DNA of 38,238 nucleotides, from contig JBAIXL010000110.1 in NCBI GenBank assembly GCA_037916685.1, forward strand, positions 1 to 38,238, in the 5' to 3' direction. The position numbers were made by a program, and so were the translations under genes. The first letter of the stretch is position 1. Each line of letters starts with the position of its first letter. The notes under the pieces are model-generated. The model did no database searches. It was not told where the DNA came from and saw only the letters and a list, made by a program, of their open reading frames with translations. Source of the DNA: Methanolinea tarda (GTDB lineage Archaea > Halobacteriota > Methanomicrobia > Methanomicrobiales > JACTUA01). Positions 35,861-38,238 of this stretch are shown here, one piece after another.

Positions 35861-37099
35861 TCAGGCATACATGGTGCCGAAGGACGGCGTGGTCTGATGT
35901 TTGTTGTAATCGATCGTCAGTTTGTTGACGGCCTTGAGGAAGTCTTCCCGGGTGACTTTCGATCGTTCGGCACGGATGGCAAACATTCCCGCTTCCATAC
36001 AGATCGCCCGGATATCGGCCCCGTTCCGTTCGTCCGTGATCTGGGCGATCTCTGCGAGATTTACCTCGTTGTCGAGATTCATGCCCCGGGTATGGATGTT
36101 AAAGATGGCGAGCCTTCCGGCCGCGTCGGGAAGGGGAATCTCGATGATACGGTCAAATCTTCCCGGCCGTAGCAGCGCACGGTCCAGGATGTCGATGCGG
36201 TTTGTGGCTCCGATGATCTTCACATCTCCCCGTTCGTCGAATCCGTCCATCTCGGCCAGCAGCTGCATGAGAGTCCTCTGTACTTCCCGGTCGCCGGAGG
36301 TATCGGCGTCCATCCGTGTGGCACCGATCGCATCAATCTCATCGATGAAGATGATCGCGGGAGATTTGTCCTTGGCCATTTCGAACAGCTCCCGCACTAG
36401 TCGGGCTCCTTCCCCGATATATTTCTGCACCAGTTCCGATGCGATTACTCGCAGGAAGCGGGCACTGGTTTCATGGGCCACCGCCCGGGCAAGGAGGGTT
36501 TTTCCGGTACCGGGCGGACCATAGAGAAGCACACCCTTGGGAGGCTTAATGCCCACCGTGTCGAACAGCTCCGGTCGTTTGAGGGGAAGCTCCACGGCTT
36601 CTTTGATCTCCAGAATCTGTTGTTCCAGGCCCCCGATGTCCTCATACTTCTCTTCCGGCATCTGAACGATCTCCATGCCGTGCACCTGCGAATCGTAGCT
36701 GGACGGCAGAATATCCACGATGGCAAGAGACTGCTGGTTCAGGGTGCAACGCATCCCGGGCTTGATGGAATCCTGGTCGATAAACTGGGAGGTGCGGACC
36801 AGGAATCGGGGTCCGGCGCTGCTGCGGACGACCACCCGGTTCTTATCGATCACATCCGTGATCATCGCGATGATGAGGGGCGGACTGCGAAGCTGCTCGA
36901 TCTCGCTCTTCAGCTTTCGGATCTCCCGTTCGTATCGTATCTTCTGGGTATCGCCATATCGTTTCTCCGCTTCCAGCTGTCGTGACTGTTCACGGAGTTC
37001 CATGTTTCTCTTTTCAAGTTCATTGATCCGATCCAGCAGGTACTTGTACACCTCTTCCTCATCAAGGGGTTCACCGCCGGCTGGAGTTGGATTGGTCAT
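35861..37099 (-). CDS. pan: Proteasome-activating nucleotidase, paralog 2
   Basis: 412 aa from the ATG at 37099 (the track start at 37108 is a TTG). It has a coiled coil, Walker [16 protein letters not shown] and Walker [10 protein letters not shown]. The C-terminal MYA fits the HbYX motif. Confidence 0.92.
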   Translation of the reverse strand: MTNPTPAGGEPLDEEEVYKYLLDRINELEKRNMELREQSRQLEAEKRYGDTQKIRYEREIRKLKSEIEQLRSPPLIIAMITDVIDKNRVVVRSSAGPRFLVRTSQFIDQDSIKPGMRCTLNQQSLAIVDILPSSYDSQVHGMEIVQMPEEKYEDIGGLEQQILEIKEAVELPLKRPELFDTVGIKPPKGVLLYGPPGTGKTLLARAVAHETSARFLRVIASELVQKYIGEGARLVRELFEMAKDKSPAIIFIDEIDAIGATRMDADTSGDREVQRTLMQLLAEMDGFDERGDVKIIGATNRIDILDRALLRPGRFDRIIEIPLPDAAGRLAIFNIHTRGMNLDNEVNLAEIAQITDERNGADIRAICMEAGMFAIRAERSKVTREDFLKAVNKLTIDYNKHQTTPSFGTMYA

Positions 37100-37108
37100 G
37101 AATATCAA

Positions 37109-37150
37109 TTAGATATATAGGGAAAAATTACCTATAAAGCTGTTGCCGAT
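37109..37150. promoter_or_regulatory. Compact divergent promoter region with two TATA-like boxes
   Basis: GATATATA (37112-37119) lies about 35 nt upstream of the mbf1 ATG at 37151. TTTATAG on the minus strand (plus-strand 37132-37138) lies about 36 nt upstream of the PAN ATG at 37099. Confidence 0.5.
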
Positions 37151-37642
37151 ATGCAGTGTGAATTATGCGGTGCGGAAATTAAAGGATACCCGAAGCGGGT
37201 TCGGATTGAAGGAGCGGAACTGCAGGTCTGTCTTCAATGTTCACGGTATGGGAAGGAAGTCCAGCAGAGCCGTACCCCCGAGGTCCGGAAGGCCGTTCCA
37301 GGCAAACCCGCTCCGCACCCGACCGTTCGTCCCCGAAGGGATGTCTTTGACTTTATAAAAGGGGAGCTGGTGGAGGGATATAACGAGCGTATCCGGTCGG
37401 CCCGTATGCAGAAGGGCTGGAGCCAGAAGGACCTTGCCATGGCCATCAAGGAACGGGAACTGCTCGTTAAAAAGATAGAAAAAGGGGATCTCATCCCCGA
37501 AGATACGGTCCGTAAAAAGATTGAGACGGTGCTGGAAATCTCTCTCCTCGATACCGGTATCGAAGAACCCAAGATGAAGGGAAAGGGACGGGTCACCACC
37601 ACCCTGGGTGATCTGATTTCCCTCAAAAAATCCGAAAAATAG
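37151..37642 (+). CDS. mbf1: Archaeal multiprotein-bridging factor 1 (Zn-ribbon plus Cro/C1-type HTH)
   Basis: 163 aa, with MQCELCGAEI...CLQCSRYG and the HTH KGWSQKDLAMAIKERELLVKKIEKG. Confidence 0.88.
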   Translation: MQCELCGAEIKGYPKRVRIEGAELQVCLQCSRYGKEVQQSRTPEVRKAVPGKPAPHPTVRPRRDVFDFIKGELVEGYNERIRSARMQKGWSQKDLAMAIKERELLVKKIEKGDLIPEDTVRKKIETVLEISLLDTGIEEPKMKGKGRVTTTLGDLISLKKSEK

Positions 37643-37714
37643 ATTTACGGGTTCTCTCACGGGATTGGCCGGTGATAAGGGTCGTTTCTGCCTGCCCGTT
37701 CGATATACATGTGA

Positions 37715-38197
37715 TTAATTCAGGGTCCAGATGGCAAAATTCAGGACTCCGGCAAGGGATACCCAGACGATGTAGGGGATCAACAGATAGGCAGCAGGTC
37801 GGGAGATCCGATAAAACTCCCGGATGGTGAACAGGATCAACGCCCAGAGTATGATGATGGCGACGAGACCATACAGAGGAGATTCAAGCCCGAAGAACAG
37901 GTACGACCAGAGCACATTCAGGGCCAGCTGAACCGCGAAGACCAGGACGGCTCCCGAAATGGATGCGTGGGGTCCCTCCTCCCAGATTCGAAACAAGGCC
38001 ACCCCCATCAGGAAATAGAGGGTGATCCAGACGGGCCCGAATAGCCAGGGAGGCGGTGCGAACGAGGGAAGGATGAGGGTTTGATACCAGGTGGGGATTT
38101 TCGGGATAGTAAAGAGGGATCCCAGCACTCCTGCTGCTTCACAGACCGCTATCGCAACCACGAGCTTGAGGATTCGGGAGGGAAGGCTCCGTTCCAT
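37715..38197 (-). CDS. tspO: TspO/MBR-family tryptophan-rich sensory protein
   Basis: 160 aa from the ATG at 38197, with five hydrophobic helices and the blocks PPWLFGPVWITLYFLMG and LNVLWSYLFFG. Confidence 0.82.
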   Translation of the reverse strand: MERSLPSRILKLVVAIAVCEAAGVLGSLFTIPKIPTWYQTLILPSFAPPPWLFGPVWITLYFLMGVALFRIWEEGPHASISGAVLVFAVQLALNVLWSYLFFGLESPLYGLVAIIILWALILFTIREFYRISRPAAYLLIPYIVWVSLAGVLNFAIWTLN

Positions 38198-38238
38198 AGT
38201 CAAGGAATGGTGGATATAGCATATAATCCATCGCAACT

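Overview
This is a densely packed, moderately GC-rich archaeal chromosomal segment. The gene content points to a methanogen of the Methanomicrobia type: SepCysS, topoisomerase VI A/B, two PAN proteasome ATPases, aIF5A, Pelota, ABCE1, archaeal NMNAT, aMBF1 and UPF0107/DUF126. I support about 41 protein-coding genes. Three of them are not in the ORF track: an Mre11 fragment at the left edge, a 55-aa Cys-rich ORF, and a 163-aa ORF that the track shows only as part of a longer 221-aa ORF. Many neighbouring genes overlap by 4-20 nt, which suggests translational coupling. Several genes have a TTTATA-type box about 30 nt upstream of the ATG, implying leaderless or short-leader mRNAs. Oligo-T terminators are visible after several genes. 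By eye I found no rRNA, tRNA, CRISPR array, transposase, integrase or recognisable defence module, so this is core genome rather than an accessory island. The most unusual items are: (1) a winged-helix protein whose C-terminal half carries the signature motifs of the TiaS tRNA-cytidine kinase domain, apparently co-transcribed with ACT-hom; (2) a ribosome-rescue locus with divergent ABCE1 and NFACT(Rqc2-like)-Pelota, the latter pair coupled by an ATGA overlap; (3) a small helical ORF coupled to SepCysS; (4) an SRAP/HMCES-like gene coupled to an unknown wHTH-like acidic protein and bracketed by the two PAN paralogs; (5) a four-gene larB-nadM-membrane-unknown operon; (6) a perfect 10-bp hairpin in the thiI leader. 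All family assignments come from motif recognition by eye and memory; no searches were run.
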